Assembly: GCA_013239625.1 (NCBI GenBank)
Contig: MU054323.1
Coordinates: 18,866,819 to 18,930,818 of the forward strand
DNA length: 64,000 bases
Reading direction: 5' to 3'
Origin: Lama guanicoe
Lineage: Eukaryota
Translations under genes and position numbers: made by a program
Part shown: piece after piece, positions 62,901 through 64,000 of the stretch
Layout: each line of letters starts with the position of its first letter
How positions within the stretch are numbered: position 1 is the stretch's first letter
Notes under the pieces: model-generated
What the model was told of the DNA's origin: nothing
The model's input: the letters and a program-made list of their open reading frames with translations, nothing else
Database searches by the model: none

Positions 62901-64000
62901 GTGCATACATATGTACATATACACACACATAAATGCACCATGTTATGAAACAAAAGCCTGGATTCTTTCCAAAAACCACTTGAAACCTATATGCATTGCT
63001 GATAATGTACAAATTATTCTCATGGATCAAATAGACATCTCCTAGGATAGTTAGGACCAATTTTGTATTCTTCTATTTTAAAAATTATCCTAGGTCACCC
63101 ATTTTCTCCTAGAAAATCTTTCTCTTCTTCCACGTATCTTTTCTGTCCTATCCATTAGCATTTCCAGAAATTTCTGTATTCTATAGAAAGACATTCACAC
63201 AAATACAAAAATTTTCTTGAGTTCCCACTGTGAAAACCATGGTGCTCTGCACATATTTGGCACAATATCAAGGTTTTTAACTGACAGGCTGGCACTGAAA
63301 GCTAGCTATGTGTCCCAGGCAGTGCTATACAGAGTGGATGCATGGCTATGAAATTGATATTATAAAATCATTTTTCTAAGGATGACCACAGTGCCATAGG
63401 ATGATACTTATTGCACTTGAACTGGCTAAATCATGCCTTTGAAAGTGGTTTTCTGCAATATTTTCATTGTTCTTTTGTTTTTGTTATTGCTGGGGGTGGA
63501 AAAGGAATGAAGATGGAGGCATATGTCTTGTAACAATATTCTGGGAATTCATAATTTCTCTGTGGGTACAGCCCTTAGGCATATCATTTTTCCCCAAAGG
63601 ACAGTTCAAAATGTAAAATTTTTATTTTATCTTTCTACATCAGAAAGTTCCTCTGAGCTGACAAACATAAAAATTTCATCATATGATGCATAAATTGCAT
63701 CTAATTCATCAAATTATTTCATGACCCACTTTAGAGTGGGAAAATCACAAAGGCTTGAGTCCTGGGGAAAAAAATGGATTTGTAGCTATAGAAAATAATA
63801 GTTCTTAACAATGGCTTTTTTGTGTTTGTCTTTTAAAGCATATAACAGTTTTAGTTACCTAGGAAATTTAAATGCTAGTAAAGTCCTTGACTTTTCACAG
63901 AAATTATTTTACTGATATCTATAGACCCACAAAGTACTGATCTGGAGGCACAAATGGTCTCTTTAATAAATTAGTGTCTAAAGAATATTATTTTCCTAAA

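Noticed and set aside
1..64000. Host protein-coding genes among the listed ORFs
   Set aside because: All ORFs are under 180 aa. Those with recognisable homology are broken L1 ORF1/ORF2 pieces; the rest are antisense shadows or low-complexity chance frames. No consistent exon chain was found.
1..64000. CRISPR array or prokaryotic/viral defence system
   Set aside because: No regularly spaced repeats or operon-like ORFs; the sequence is mammalian throughout.

Overview
AT-rich, CpG-poor mammalian genomic DNA, intergenic or deep intronic. By eye, very roughly 40-50% is interspersed repeat: LINE-1 of several ages, L2, MIR, MaLR and ERV1 solo LTRs, MER5, MER53 and Tigger1. The young L1 3' ends resemble the camelid/cetartiodactyl type. 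I saw no Alu, B1, Can-SINE, BovB/Bov-tA or PRE-1, so a camelid (Camelus/Vicugna) origin is likely; this is inference from recalled consensus sequences. I can support no host protein-coding gene, tRNA, rRNA or CRISPR array. The ORF track consists of decayed L1 ORF1/ORF2 pieces, their antisense shadows and chance ORFs. I found no new biological system. The best-supported observations concern retrotransposition mechanics: a twin-primed 5'-inverted young L1 with a perfect TSD, multi-level nested insertions, two L1s that keep both ends but lost most of the interior, and a close inverted L1 pair. A few speculative enhancer, hairpin and non-coding exon candidates lie in repeat-free stretches. Repeat subfamily names and most boundaries are approximate because no alignment was run.
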